Shown: piece after piece, positions 25,850 through 38,150 of the stretch
How the letters are laid out: every line of letters begins with the position of its first letter
Numbering within the stretch: position 1 is the stretch's first letter
NCBI RefSeq assembly: GCF_006345805.1
Contig: NC_042998.1
Span: 81,654,001-81,718,000, forward strand
Origin: Octopus sinensis
Taxonomy: Eukaryota
Reading direction: 5' to 3'
Length of the DNA stretch: 64,000 nucleotides
Notes under the pieces: model-generated
The model's input: the letters and a program-made list of their open reading frames with translations, nothing else
What the model was told of the DNA's origin: nothing
The model's database searches: none
Made by a program: the position numbers and the translations under genes

Positions 25850-26925
25850 TGGTAGAGAACAAACACATGTATTAGTTTAACGCTCAGGAAGTGAAAAAGT
25901 CGTTAACGTTTTGAGTGTACGCTCTTCCACAGAAAGGAACACAGAAAGAAACAAGGAGAGAAATAAAGAATGTATAGTGGCTAGCGATCTATCATGGCGA
26001 ATGCCGGACAGAGGGGTCACACTGGAGACCTAGGAAGAAAGGGAGATAATAAAGTAGTGGTGTTCCCAAAACGAAGGTGCGCGTGCGTGTGTATAAGCGA
26101 GCATGTATCTGCGTGATGAAGAGGGCTGGTGACCTTGACGCGTGCGTGTGTGTATGTGGGCTGTGAAGTGGTCAGTGCTAGTGTGTGCGTGGTGGTATGA
26201 TGTGATGTGATGTGGTGGTATGTGGTTTGGTGTAGTGGTTTGTGGCCTGGTGTGGTGGTGTTGGGATGTGGGGGTGACGAGAGTGGGGAAAGCAAGGGTG
26301 GGGTGTGGGTTAAACTAAGGGTGAGGGTAGAGGTGGGGTACGCGGGTAGCCTGACGGTGGAGGTAGAGGTGGTGTGTGTGGGAGGGGGTGTAAAGGATGG
26401 GGTGGGATGGGATGGTTAGGGAAGGTGGGGTTGGATTTTGTGGGCGAGGGGTTACGAGGGAGGGGTGATGATGAAGGGAGAGGGGGAAGGGTGAAGGTGG
26501 ATAGGAGTGAAGAGAAGAGAGGAGAGTAAGAGTGAAGAGAAGAAGTAGGAGTAGGAGTCGGAGTAACAGAGGAGAGGTGAGTAGGAGGAAGTAGAGAGGA
26601 GCGGGGAGGAGGTTAGATGAAGAGGGAAGGATAGTTGATCCTATGTGGCGCAAAGGAAAGAAGAGAGAACATTAATCCCTGTTCACGGCGCAAACAGAAT
26701 TCCCGATGGACCCTGTGCACGGACAATCCGAACACAGACAGGTATTGCAAAGAGTGACCTGTAGAGCGGAAATGGCGCGAGACGGGGTGTCATTGTCGTG
26801 TCACATGTCTCGGATGTGTTCCGCGAACCGGTCATCCAAGCAGCGTCCCGTTTGCCTGATGTATAGAGCGAGCAGGAGATACAGTAGATGACATTGGTAG
26901 AAGTGCAGGTGAAGGTGTCGGTGAT
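25850..26925 (-). mobile_element. 3' end of a Penelope-like element (GIY-YIG remnant, purine/pyrimidine-rich 3' region, pLTR)
   Basis: Minus strand ITDTFTCTSTNVIYCISCSL, then a frameshift into YIRQTGRCLDDRFAEHIRD. The 3' region matches 44630-45090 in opposite orientation (caccttcgttttggg, cacactagca..gaccacttc). Confidence 0.8.
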
Positions 26926-27168
26926 TTTTACAGTTCCTGTGATAGAGTTGATCTGTAGTCTTCGAATTAGCTTTCTCTTTTCTGGTTTTGAGAAGCCTAA
27001 TTTCTTAATAGTGGTATTTAGGCAGTGTGATACACATCCCAGAGTTCCAATAATTACACCTATAAACCTGAACTTGTAATCTGGATAGAGGAACTGCAGA
27101 TTTCTCAAAAGTTCAGCATAGGTGTTTTCTTTTTCTCTGATCTTCAACTTTATGGTAACATCCGCAGC
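26926..27168 (-). mobile_element. C-terminal RLE fragment of an R4/NeSL-type non-LTR element
   Basis: ADVTIKLKIREKENTYAELL...FIGVIIGTLG...LQINSITGTVKI is collinear with the RLE tail (K..KY..L / PIIVGALG / IQKIALLGTAHI) of the 21929-22855 element, but from a different family. Confidence 0.7.
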
Positions 27169-27683
27169 GCTGCTAAATTATTTCACATCTGTACACGGGG
27201 AAACCTCTAGGATTAGAGCAGAGAGATTAAACGGGCACTGGAGATGATATAATGACAAGAAACAGTCCTCCGTACTATATCAACATGCCAAAGATTAACA
27301 TAGCGATACACACGCTGTATTGGATTGACATCCGCAGTTTGTGCAATCCACCAAAAGCCCATCACCTAAACAAATGCAGAGTACGTCCTCATAAGTAAAA
27401 CGTTACCGGTACTAAACAGGAAATACACGTAGAACGTAGAGATACCCTAATGCCATAGATACCATCCAGATACTATACATACGTAGGGTCATTCGTAAGT
27501 AGGCAGTTAAGTAGGTTAATACGTAGGTGATTAGGTCAGTGATATTTATTGTTAGTAACTGAATTTCGTAGTTAGGAAGATAGGCAAGCTAATAGGTAGA
27601 TATATAAGCACAGATAGATAAGTAAGTAGGTAAGCAGGTAGGTACACAAACATACATATATTCATATATATATATATACGCAC

Positions 27684-27735
<52 letters not shown>

Positions 27736-27747
27736 CGTATTTATATA

Positions 27748-28260
27748 TCTATATATATAAAACTGTAGTTGTGTGAGTGTCTGTCCCCTTCGATTTAGAT
27801 TCCTAACTACTCCCACATTTTGCGGTGCAGTTTAACCAAATTCGGGTATCTTATAGTCGTGATTCATATCGAGCCCGTCTGAGTATTAGCGCGCGTCTAC
27901 AATGAGTCTACGATTTTAAAAATAATTTAACATCATTTTTTATTCCATTTTAATGCATAATTTTTCGTGTGTCGATGGCGGCGGAGTTGGCGTCTCTGGT
28001 CACACCTACACCTGTTTGCTTCTCCCCCTTCTTCCCTCCCTCGTGAAGCTGTGGGGAAGGGAGTGTAAGGAAATCAACGTCGTAAAGCGTTGTCAAGGAG
28101 ACCAGCGTTCTTTTAGAACAACGACTTCATGGCTTGGAGACACCAAAACAGAAATGGCTAAGAAAGCCCGAATTGGCATCTATTAGGGAAGTAACTCTCT
28201 AAAAATGCTTATATAGTTATTTCCCTTACAAACCCGAGCAACGCCGCGCTATACTGCTAG
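27748..28260 (+). mobile_element. Non-autonomous Helitron, copy 1 (complete)
   Basis: A^TC 5' end (TCTATATATATAAAA); 3' GC-rich segment CCCGAGCAACGCCG followed by CTAG; no TSD. Confidence 0.85.
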
Positions 28261-28774
28261 TCTATATATATAAAAGTGAAGTTGTGTGAGTGTCTGTCTC
28301 CTACGATTTAGATTCCTAACTACTCCCACATTTTGCGGTGCACTTTAACCAAATGCGGGTATCTTATAGTCGTGATTTATATCGAGTCCGTCTGGGTATT
28401 AGCGCGCGTCTACTATGAGTCTACGAATTTAAAAATAATTTACCATAATTTTTTTCCATTTGAACGCATAATTTTTCGTGTGTCGATGGCGGCGGAGTTG
28501 GTGTCCATGCTCTCACCTGCACCTGTGTTGCTTCTCCCACTTCTTCCCTCCCTCGTGAAGCTGTGGGGAAGGGAGTGTAAGGAAATCAACGTCGTAAACC
28601 GTTGTCAAGGAGACCAGCGTTCTTTTAGAACAACGACTTCATGGCTTGAAGTCGCCAAAACAGAAATGGCTAAAAAAGCTGAAACAGATCCACAAAAACG
28701 GCAAAAACCGCCACACAGGGCAGGTTTCCTGTGCAAACAATTTGCACAACCGAATGTTTTAGTTGTTGCACAAA
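28261..28774 (+). mobile_element. Non-autonomous Helitron, copy 2 (3'-truncated)
   Basis: Starts TCTATATATATAAAAGTGAAGTTGTG immediately after the CTAG of copy 1; highly similar to copy 1 over ~420 bp. Confidence 0.85.
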
Positions 28775-29162
28775 TCTTTATATATAAAAGTGAAGTTGTG
28801 TGTCTGTCTCCTACGATTTAGATTCCTAACTACTCCCACATTTTGCGGTGCAGTTTAACCAAACCCGGTATCTTATAGTCGTGATTCATATCGAGCCCTT
28901 CTGGGTTTAGCGCACGTCTACGATGAGGCTACGATTTTAAATATAATTTACCATCATTTTTTTCAATTTTAATGCATTTTTTTTTCTATTAATAAGGGAA
29001 GTACTCTTTAAAAATATCTACGATGAGTCAACGATTTAAAAAAATTTACTATAATTTTTTTTCCATTTTTAATGCATTTTTTGCTATTTTTGGCTATAAC
29101 TCTCTAAAAATACTTTATAGTTATTTCCCTACAACCCGAGCAACGCCGGGCGATACTGCTAG
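28775..29162 (+). mobile_element. Non-autonomous Helitron, copy 3 (complete, shorter internal variant)
   Basis: A^TCTTTATATATAAAAG ... ACCCGAGCAACGCCGGGCGATACTGCTAG^T. Confidence 0.85.
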
Positions 29163-29176
29163 TTATGTATAAATAT

Positions 29177-29218
<42 letters not shown>

Positions 29219-29251
29219 CATAGATACATACTATATACATATGTATATATA

Positions 29252-29320
<69 letters not shown>

Positions 29321-29328
<8 letters not shown>

Positions 29329-29437
29329 AACTAAAGTTATTGAACAAACAAATGCAAGGTCATCCATATCATTTCATAATTCGAATGATATGCGGATGAC
29401 CTTGCATTTGTTTGTTCAATAACTTAGTTTGATATAT
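29321..29437. repeat. ~117 bp near-perfect foldback palindrome
   Basis: ATATATCAAACTAAAGTTATTGAACAAACAAATGCAAGGTCATCC... versus ...GGATGACCTTGCATTTGTTTGTTCAATAACTTAGTTTGATATAT; the arms differ by two small indels. Confidence 0.9.
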
Positions 29438-29839
29438 TTGTCTCTTTCAATAGAGCACTTCTATAGCAGTCCTATTAATCTTTTTGTTCCTGACAAGAAA
29501 CAATCACTGTATTATTGATATATATATATATATACATATATAATAATTGCAGGGTGAAAGGTCATTTAAGTCATTTAAGAAACACACAAAAATCGATAAA
29601 TTCACTTCAACATTTAAATTTAATTTGTCAAAATATTTCCGTCGCTTTGAGGCCGCGACCTGTTCACTGACAAAATTCCGTACTGCACGGAATATATGTA
29701 TATATATATATATACATGCACAAGCATATAGTCATTCTTACATACATATACATATAGGAGAAAACTTCTTTTTTATAAATATATACCCACTCGTATGCCA
29801 CCTACCCTTTTTATAAACACACACACACACACACACACA

Positions 29840-29870
<31 letters not shown>

Positions 29871-30937
29871 ACGAAGTTATACATCCATCTCTCGTTCTAT
29901 ATATATATATAATATATATATATGTGTGTGTGTGTGTGCGTGTGTATGTGTGTATGTATTCCTGTTTCTCACAATGTAGAAATATTTCCCATCTACCTCG
30001 ACAGAGAGAATGAAAAAAGCGTCGCCCAGGACGACGGCGAAGGAGTGTGAACTTTTCCTATTGCTTTTAAGAAGGGGACTATTGTAATATTAATGCTTGA
30101 TGAAAATTTTGTTGATGCTATAGTTCCTATTATTGTAAATATAGATGACAGAAGAAGCGAGTACACAGCTACATCAATGAATGTCTTGCTAGATACAGAG
30201 TATATGTGTCTGGCAAATATATCATGAAAATGGAACGTCGATAATAGAACTCTCTTAATGTTTTAATATTGATTTACAAAATTCGAATTCTATTGATCAG
30301 TGATGTTTACATCGTGTTCTGCATAATCTTTCAATGATTTTAGTTTTGCTTCCTTTTTTCTTTTCAGTTCAGGCGGGTCGACACATCATCTACAAAAGGT
30401 CAGAGCAGTGTATGATGTTTGAAAAAATAAATATACTTGATGATCACCATGTTATTATTTTGGTTTCTGGCTGTTAAGAAACAGAGTAGGCGTGAGGGAA
30501 TTCCAGTATTCGAAAGATATGATGTGAAATTTTTGTGCAAAAATCTTAGCGGTGGAGAGCAGAAGAGTTGACGATGAAATTAGTGGTGAGTGACTAAAAC
30601 AGGCGGGTGAGAAGTGCGAATCCTGCAGGAACAGTCGCAGAAATAAACAGAAGATGAAATACATGAACTAATCAGCACACAGGTGTATCAGAAATTGTAA
30701 CGTGTTAGTGAATGATGTTTTGAGAATCAGTTGGATGCGATTTCTTTTGTTTTTTCTAGTCTACAAAGAGAGAGAGAGTGTGTTTGCGTAAGTGTTGATG
30801 CTATGACCCAGTATGCTAATAACATTGCACTGTTAATTGTATTTTTATACTGTATCTCCTTCAAGTGTTCAGTGCAGAAATAGCGAATAGTGATTGGCAC
30901 TGAGGAGAATGTCTTTGTTAAATAAACAGTTTTACTC

Positions 30938-31017
<80 letters not shown>

Positions 31018-31190
31018 TATATATATATAGCAATGATATAATAGTTTTGTTATCAGAAGAGCCAGTAATATCCAACATGTAATTTTATTTCTATTCCTTT
31101 ATTTCCCTTTATGCTTCCTATATCTCTCTCTTTCCCGAATAACTACTTATATTCAACTGTACTAATTCCATTTATTTAACTCTCGTATCG

Positions 31191-31238
31191 TCTCTGATGA
31201 AGGGATATTCCTCATACCTCCGAGACAACTGTGAGACT
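31191..31238 (+). ncRNA. Degenerate type I hammerhead motif in a TA-flanked pLTR fragment
   Basis: tct-CTGATGA-agg...cct-c-cGAGAC-aact-GTG-aga. The 5' core is intact; GAAA is changed to GAGA and the cleavage triplet is altered. Confidence 0.4.
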
Positions 31239-31344
31239 ACCTTTCTCTTTATAAATATCCTAGAATCTTTACACTGCCCTGGCTTTCTTTTCTCATTTTA
31301 TTTAACACGCACACACACATACATATATGTTATCAAAATAAGTA

Positions 31345-31520
31345 ACAGGATGTATATATACAACTGTAGTAAAAAGCTTGCTTCCCAACCACATGGTTCC
31401 GGGTTCAGTCCCATTGCGTGGCACCTTAGGCAAGTGTCTTCTACTATACCCTTGGACCAACCAATACCTAGTGAGTGGATTCGGTAGACGTAAACTGAAA
31501 AAGTCCGTCGTACATAACAT
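31345..31520 (+). mobile_element. SINE family B, 5' part
   Basis: aaccacatggttccgggttcagtccca.tgcgtggcacctt.ggcaagtgtcttctactata. Confidence 0.85.
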
Positions 31521-31596
31521 ATATATGTGTGACCGTGGGTGTATCGTTGGCAATTTTCTTTCTCCGTCTTCCCTTCCTTGGACCTTTACTTTTTTT

Positions 31597-31634
31597 ATGT
31601 TTCTGACGAAGAGCTCCTCTCGAAACGTTAAATA
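31597..31634 (+). ncRNA. Type I minimal hammerhead motif
   Basis: tgttt-CTGACGA-agag(ctc)ctct-c-GAAAC-GTT^aaata, with palindromic AACGTT. It lies in a repeat (31525-31737) whose 3' part recurs at ~45205-45300. Confidence 0.55.
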
Positions 31635-31955
31635 GTCCTTCTTTCTTTCCGTTCCTGAGCTTCCAATAACACTATACTTGTTCCACGTCCTCGGGTTGCT
31701 GTATTTTTCTTTTGTTCATTTTGGATTGACTATATATATATATCACAAATAATAAATTTCTAAATCTCTCATAGAGATATGTACGGTGGTGGGGCGATAG
31801 AATGGTTGTATACTGTCAATCTAACGTGAACGTGACAGTAGGGGGTTACACCACCGCTGTTTAGCCCTAGGAAGCATCTACGCTTTCTGATGGCTCCGAC
31901 ACATTTTGTGTCCTTATATACGTACGCCGCTATATTTATATATATATATATAAAA

Positions 31956-32232
31956 ATACAAAAATAGGACAAGAACGCAAAACATCCTGACAGACGATAC
32001 AAGGAAAACAGGGACGGATCATTCTGAGTTTTCTATCCTCAATCGAGTTCCAGATTATCTTTGCAGTTTCAGCTTGAAATTGTATAGATAATCTGGAACT
32101 CGACTGAGGATAGAAAACTCCGAATGATCCGTACTTGTTCTCCTTGTATCTCGTCTGTCTGGATATTTTGTTGTCCCTTTTTTGTTTCACCTAACAGTCT
32201 GGATGTTTTGCCTTCTTGTCCCATTTTTGTAT
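31956..32232. repeat. ~275 bp foldback palindrome between TA and TATC microsatellites
   Basis: Centre GAGTTCCAGATTATCT...TGCAGTTTC-AGCTT-GAAATTGTA...AGATAATCTGGAACTC. Outer ends ATACAAAAATAGGACAAGAA / TTCTTGTCCCATTTTTGTAT. Partial duplication in the right arm. Confidence 0.85.
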
Positions 32233-32268
32233 ATCTATCTATCTATCTATCTTCTATCTATCTATCTA

Positions 32269-32329
<61 letters not shown>

Positions 32330-32331
32330 AT

Positions 32332-32373
<42 letters not shown>

Positions 32374-32374
32374 A

Positions 32375-32600
32375 TGTATGTATATGTTCGTATGTCTGTT
32401 TGTCCCCACCCACCTTCACTTGACAACCGATGTCGGTGTATTTGCGTCCCCGTAACATAGTGGTTCGGCAAAAGAGACTCATAGAATAAGTACTAGGCTT
32501 ACAAAGAATAAGTCCTTGGGTAGAATTGTTCGATTGAAGGTGCTGCTCTAGCATGGATGCAGTCAAATGACTGGAACAAGTAAAAGAATAAAAGAATATG
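32375..32600 (+). mobile_element. SINE family B, 3' part
   Basis: cttgacaaccgatg.cggtgt.tt.cgtccccgtaac.tag.ggttcggcaaaagagac...gtcaaatgactggaacaagtaaaaga. Confidence 0.85.
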
Positions 32601-33717
32601 TGTGTGTGTGTGTGTATGTATATAGATAACAGAGCAGATAAAATAGATGTAGTTTATATTTTTACTATAACATCATAAATTACATAATCTCTGCCAATAT
32701 TTCTCTTGCAAATGTTAGTTCATTGTATACTAATCTTTACGTACGTGATTGCATAATCTTGTTGAAACTACAGATCTTGAGAAGAAAACAGTAAATTAAT
32801 CCATAGTTATTTGCCAAACTGAAATTATATGGAAGTGTTAAATAAGAACTGCGTGTAAATTTATGTGAACTTTCTATATACTACAGATACGAAATGAAGG
32901 TAATTATTAATATTTTATTACGGAGATTAGTAGGGAAAAACAAAAGTGAGCTATAATAACTGCAGCTCGGATATCGGAAGAAGAAAAAAATTGAAATTGT
33001 GATTGTTCAGAGAAAATCCGAAGACAACGATATTAAATTATTTACAAGTTAGTAGTAGAAAAAAGAGGCTGGGATTTGGTAAGCGTCAAATAGATGCACC
33101 TGGCTACTCACTCACATGTGCACGCTCACACATGACCACATACATGTATGACGTTAAATTAATTACATCGCCTGACATCTGTGTATATTTATACGTCTAA
33201 ACATAGACATCTGCAAATATAGGAAAATCATTGTAAATTCAAAGACATACCTACACGCATATTCACAGAATTTGATGCTTTCTCTTCGTAAACGAAAATG
33301 GAATATTAACGCATCTGAGTTGACAAGAGAGAGAGAAAGAGAACAAAAGTGATAAGAACAACAAATCCTGCGACGCTTATTTCATGAGTTTTAAATAGAT
33401 ATAAATGATTTATTCCCGAATTCATGTACATGCAGTCAGTATGAATTTAAAGCTCATATAGCATAATACAAGCTTATATATTATATATATATATATATAA
33501 TATATAATATATATATACTATATATATATATCTATATATAATATATATAATTATTTTTGAGGGAATAAAATGCAAACCTTTTATATCAATTCAAAATGAA
33601 TAATTAAATTACACCATCTAGAAAATTACATATAATAGAAAAGTTAAATAAAATAACAATTAAAAAGTAAAGATTAAGTAAATTACAAAATATAATGGAG
33701 TATATAATAGGTAGAAA

Positions 33718-33803
33718 AACCACACGTGTTTCGCTGCTATATTTAAGAAATGATTATAGTAGTAGAGAAATCACTTGCATATAATATAGTCGCTCATCAG
33801 GTT
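33718..33803 (-). ncRNA. Hammerhead motif with long inserted stem II and a GUG at the cleavage site
   Basis: Minus strand: aac-CTGATGA-gc-ga-ctatatt-[long insert]-aatatag-ca-gc-GAAAC-ACGT-GTG-gtt. Confidence 0.55.
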
Positions 33804-33875
33804 AAAAATATGATAGAACAGTAAAATAATTACTTAATATACATACTTTAATATATCTATCTATCTTTCTCTCTT

Positions 33876-33920
<45 letters not shown>

Positions 33921-33939
33921 TCTATCTATCTATCTATCT

Positions 33940-33970
<31 letters not shown>

Positions 33971-34409
33971 TTCTATATATATATATATATTATATATATA
34001 TATATAATGTATATGAAATTCTAAATATACATAACTGAAAATAAAATAATACTTCATTATTAAATACTTTAAAATTAGATAAAATACACCAAAGCTATTA
34101 CAAGTTATTAAATTGTAATCAAATAAGAATGTTTTCAATAGAGACAAACTCCTTACATAAGCTAACCATATAACAAATATACATGTGTAGTATCTATAGA
34201 TTTAATATAACAAACTAGACTAAATATCAAATAATATAATACCTGTTTAACTTCAATTAGTATTACAAATACGTAATCCACCTATATATCTAAAATAATA
34301 TAATATATTATATATATATATATATATTAAATATTAGGGAATAATCCAAATTTACAGGGAAAAAATCAGATTTAGGATAACCAATTTTATAGTAAAATAT
34401 TATAAAATG

Positions 34410-34708
34410 TTATTAGAGACAAAAACCACTACTTTGCAAAACAAACAAGGAAAGACTTAATCAATACATAAAATTTTAATAAATAGTCAAAAAAACCGCC
34501 ACTACAATCGTTTCTTGTCTTGATCGACAATCTTCAGGTGGACTTCCAATAATTCAGTGTCAATTATAATTGACACTGAAGTCCACCTGAATTGTCGATC
34601 AAGACAAGAAACGATTGGAGTGGCGGTTTTTTGGACATTTATTAAAATTTATGTATTGATTAAGTCTTTCCTTGTTTTGTTTGCAAGTAGTGGTTTTGTC
34701 TCTAATAA
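34410..34708. repeat. ~300 bp foldback palindrome (head-to-head pLTR pair)
   Basis: Perfect 28-bp central palindrome TTCAGTGTCAATTATAATTGACACTGAA; ~135 bp arms differing mostly by small indels. The arm end (gtagtggttttgtctctaataata) recurs at ~41155-41180. Confidence 0.92.
34499..34541 (-). ncRNA. Type I minimal hammerhead ribozyme (core intact)
   Basis: Minus strand: ccac-CTGAAGA-ttgtc(gatcaa)gacaa-GAAAC-gatt-GTA^gtgg. The mirror copy at 34581-34625 (+) lacks 2 nt of the core and has GGA at the cleavage site. Confidence 0.7.
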
Positions 34709-35289
34709 TATTTATATATATATATAGTAATAGCGAGAATATATGTTAATGGAAAGTAAGAAACCCATGAACCCCAATTAGAAGAAAGTTGCTAACATAT
34801 TCAAACAAAAGAAACAATACACTATAAAGATGTACAAGTACAATCACCAGTCCTCTACCAAACCAGTCTAATAACATTAACAATAATAAACGATCAAAGT
34901 CAAAATAATAGCAAGAACTAACTAATATTGATAAGCAAACTAAATAACTAAGTTCAACGATTCTGATTAATCTATCTAGATTTAAAAAAGATAAGCTTCG
35001 AATTAATCAACTCAATCAAATTCTTCATGAAATACAATCAAACTTTGAAAAATTACAATACACTCAATCCATGATATAAACTCGTTAATTAATATCCATT
35101 TGTACATATATAGATTTATATATCACACGATAAAAAGTTAAACATAACATTATATTAAAATTAAAAACTAGTTTATTTAAAAAAATACTAATCAATGAAA
35201 ATATATTCTTATTATAATAAGAAATAAAGTCTAACCATTATAAATTCTCAAATTAAATGATATGTAAACCGTATATATATATATATATA

Positions 35290-35339
<50 letters not shown>

Positions 35340-37555
35340 TGTGTGTGTGTGAAAGAACGTTTTAAAGATGTTTATTCACTTGACCGGTTTCACTTTTTTA
35401 GAAAAGGGTTGGCAAAAGTAACATGTAAAGCTTTGTATGAGCTTTGTTGTGTTAAGTACTGGTTATCACAAAAGTATTAAAATACAGAGATACATTCTTT
35501 GATAATAATAAGAAAATGTTAAAACAGTTTACAAGAAAGTGTTTAAGAAAGTAATCAGAAAAGGACTCCAAAAAGCATTTTGAGTTCAATAAAAATCATG
35601 TTTGTTTGTTAGTATATGTACACAGGAGAAGATATATTTAAGAATTTACAAAAATTGTAGAGGAATAACTGACCTGTGTTTCTAGCATTTTGTTCTTTGT
35701 GTAGCTGCACACACACATATGATGATAATGATGATGATGATGATGATGACGACGACGACGACGAAGATGATAATGATGTTGATGGACTCTCCCGTCGAAG
35801 AGGACGTATCACCGTTCAGCTTTTGCCGAACGACCTGCGCAAATGATTTATTTATAGTGATCAAATGTCTGTGCCGCGCATTAGCTCAATCTCACCATCA
35901 AATCGACGTTGTTTGAACAGGTGCACACTGTACCACGCGTCAGATGTCGAAGTTATCGCAGAGCAACGAGAGATTAAATGTTTTGCTCAAGAACTTAACG
36001 CATCACCCGGTCTAGGAATTGAAGCCACGATCTAGCGATATATAAGTTTCGATATGAATTGCAGGCCAAGCCTGGAAAAGACATTGAATGATGATTCATT
36101 AAGTGATGTTTCATCTGGAAAATACATTTAACGATGTTTCTTTTTATAGTTATTATTTGGGAACCCTAACCCAATTGAATAATGAGTTATTGTTTGCAGA
36201 GGTTTATCCGGGTGTAGGTAGTTTATCTGGTATTTGAATATTATGAGGTATTTTCTGATGTGTCTTAGCATACTGTTAAAGTGAGGAGGGTCAATTGAGG
36301 TGGAATAGTTCTGCCTTTGTGTTGTGATGAAACGCGAGCATGATCTTCGTAGAGTACAGACGGTACGGTGATCAAGCCTTGCGTAAATTTTAAAGTTGAT
36401 GCCAACATCATTTGGGTAGGGTTGTTGGAATGTTTTCTACGTCATGCAAATAATGTGACCCTAAGAAATTTTACTAGTATAAATATTGTTTTATTTTCCT
36501 ACTGTGAGGAAAACGTAATTTTTATACAACCGTTATTTGAAAAGTTTCCTTGTTCATACAATGTTATACTGAGTCAAACGAAATAACGTTCCCGATTATT
36601 ATATTATTTTTAACCCGAGAGAACGGTATTTATAGAATTTAAACGAATTTATGTGTATGTGTTTGCAAGAGGAAAACTCTGTTGTTTTAGTTTACGTAAT
36701 TTATATAGCGCATTTGTAGGCAATATTTTACATATTTTCTTGTTTCCATTGCATGTAGGAGCTCAGTGTAGATCGTACTTTTTACTCAAAGTGTTAAGAT
36801 TAGAGTCGTGCTTAGCTAGTCTTGCTGAATTACGAAATTTTAATTCATATGTCTATGTGTGTATGATTTGATACGATATTTAAAGGAATTAAAAATACTT
36901 CTCAGTAATAACAGGTAACATTTGCTGTAATGATTCTATGCTATTAGATAACATTGTATCCTAAGCAAGAAGACATGCGAAAGTCAGTTTACAGTTAAAG
37001 TTTAAGACATTATTTGGTAGAGATAACTGGTATTCATATTAAGTTTTATGGTTATCCTTGTTTCTACACTATCAAGAACGTTCTTGTTACTGTCTATGTT
37101 ATCTTTCAGTTTTGTTATTTTAGAATCTTCTTTGCATTTACAAATATTACTAACAACGTAAGCAAATTGTAATGAGTTTGGATTCGTTATTAATACTTTT
37201 ACGATTATAATTATCCAGAATTGACTCAATTTGTTATTTTGCTAAGCAGTTATACATAATTATCATAGTTTATATTAGTTTCATTTATCACGATATAGTT
37301 GAATATTTCGGATTCTGTACTTTTGTTTCTACATCGTTTTGTGTCTTTACCTGTTTTAAGGCTACGCATATTATTAGTTTAAGTCCGGGATTTTATGCAA
37401 TTTTCCATGTATATGTCATTTTTATTATAGTTGTACATTTTTTCAGGCGTTAGAGTAGTGTTCTATTAATATCTATTAACTCTGTACATATTCAAAATGT
37501 CACTGCATATTTGTGGTTTGTAAGAACGTTCCCCTTTAAAACGTTAAAGAAAATG

Positions 37556-37720
37556 AAGGTGGTGGGATGGCAGAAACGTGTACACGCCGGGCAAAATGTT
37601 TAGCGTCTTCACGATCTAAATTCTAATTCCTCAGATGTCGACTGTCTTTCTAAGGCGTCTTTTTAATCGACTTACTTCTCCCTCTGAAATTACTCTCCTT
37701 GCGCTAAAATTTAAAACCAA
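37556..37720 (+). mobile_element. Degenerate SINE family A
   Basis: ggtggtgggatggcagaaacgtgtacacgccgggcaaaatgtttagcg. Confidence 0.65.
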
Positions 37721-37910
37721 TATATTAAAGAAACTTTGGTGGGTATATTTTTCCTTTTTTGGGGGGATAAGGTTTGTTAAACACACATATGTATGCATGT
37801 ATATGTGTGTGTAGATATACCTATATACCTATATTTATCTACTTCGGTGTGTGTATATATATATATATGCTTGTACACACACACACACACACACATACAC
37901 ACACACACAG

Positions 37911-37947
<37 letters not shown>

Positions 37948-38004
37948 ATGTACGTACATGTCTATGTGTGTGTGTGTGTTTTGTGTGTGTCTGTTCTCAT
38001 TCTA

Positions 38005-38150
38005 TACAGCTACTGCGAGCTGGAAGAGGCTCGTGGCATGTCACGCACCAGACGGGTGAATGTGATTAAGGGAGATTTTAAGAGGCTCGACATCCTCTTG
38101 AAGGATGCAGGGGCATTGACACGGAACAGCCAATGATTGGGAGCAGTTTT
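38005..38150 (+). mobile_element. 3' coding remnant of an RTE-like LINE
   Basis: RGMSRTRRVNVIKGDFKRLDILLKDAGALTRNSQ resembles the RTE C-terminus pattern RGRP..RW.D.IK.DL..L......A.DR..W. Confidence 0.45.

Noticed and set aside
30540-30575. NLSGGEQK, resembling an ABC signature motif
   Set aside because: A stop follows two codons later, there is no Walker A/B context and no suitable splice sites; chance match.
34720-37250. A-rich coding-like stretches (34720-35090 plus; 36180-36470 and 37000-37230 minus), possibly PLE N-termini
   Set aside because: No diagnostic RT or endonuclease motif; left unannotated.
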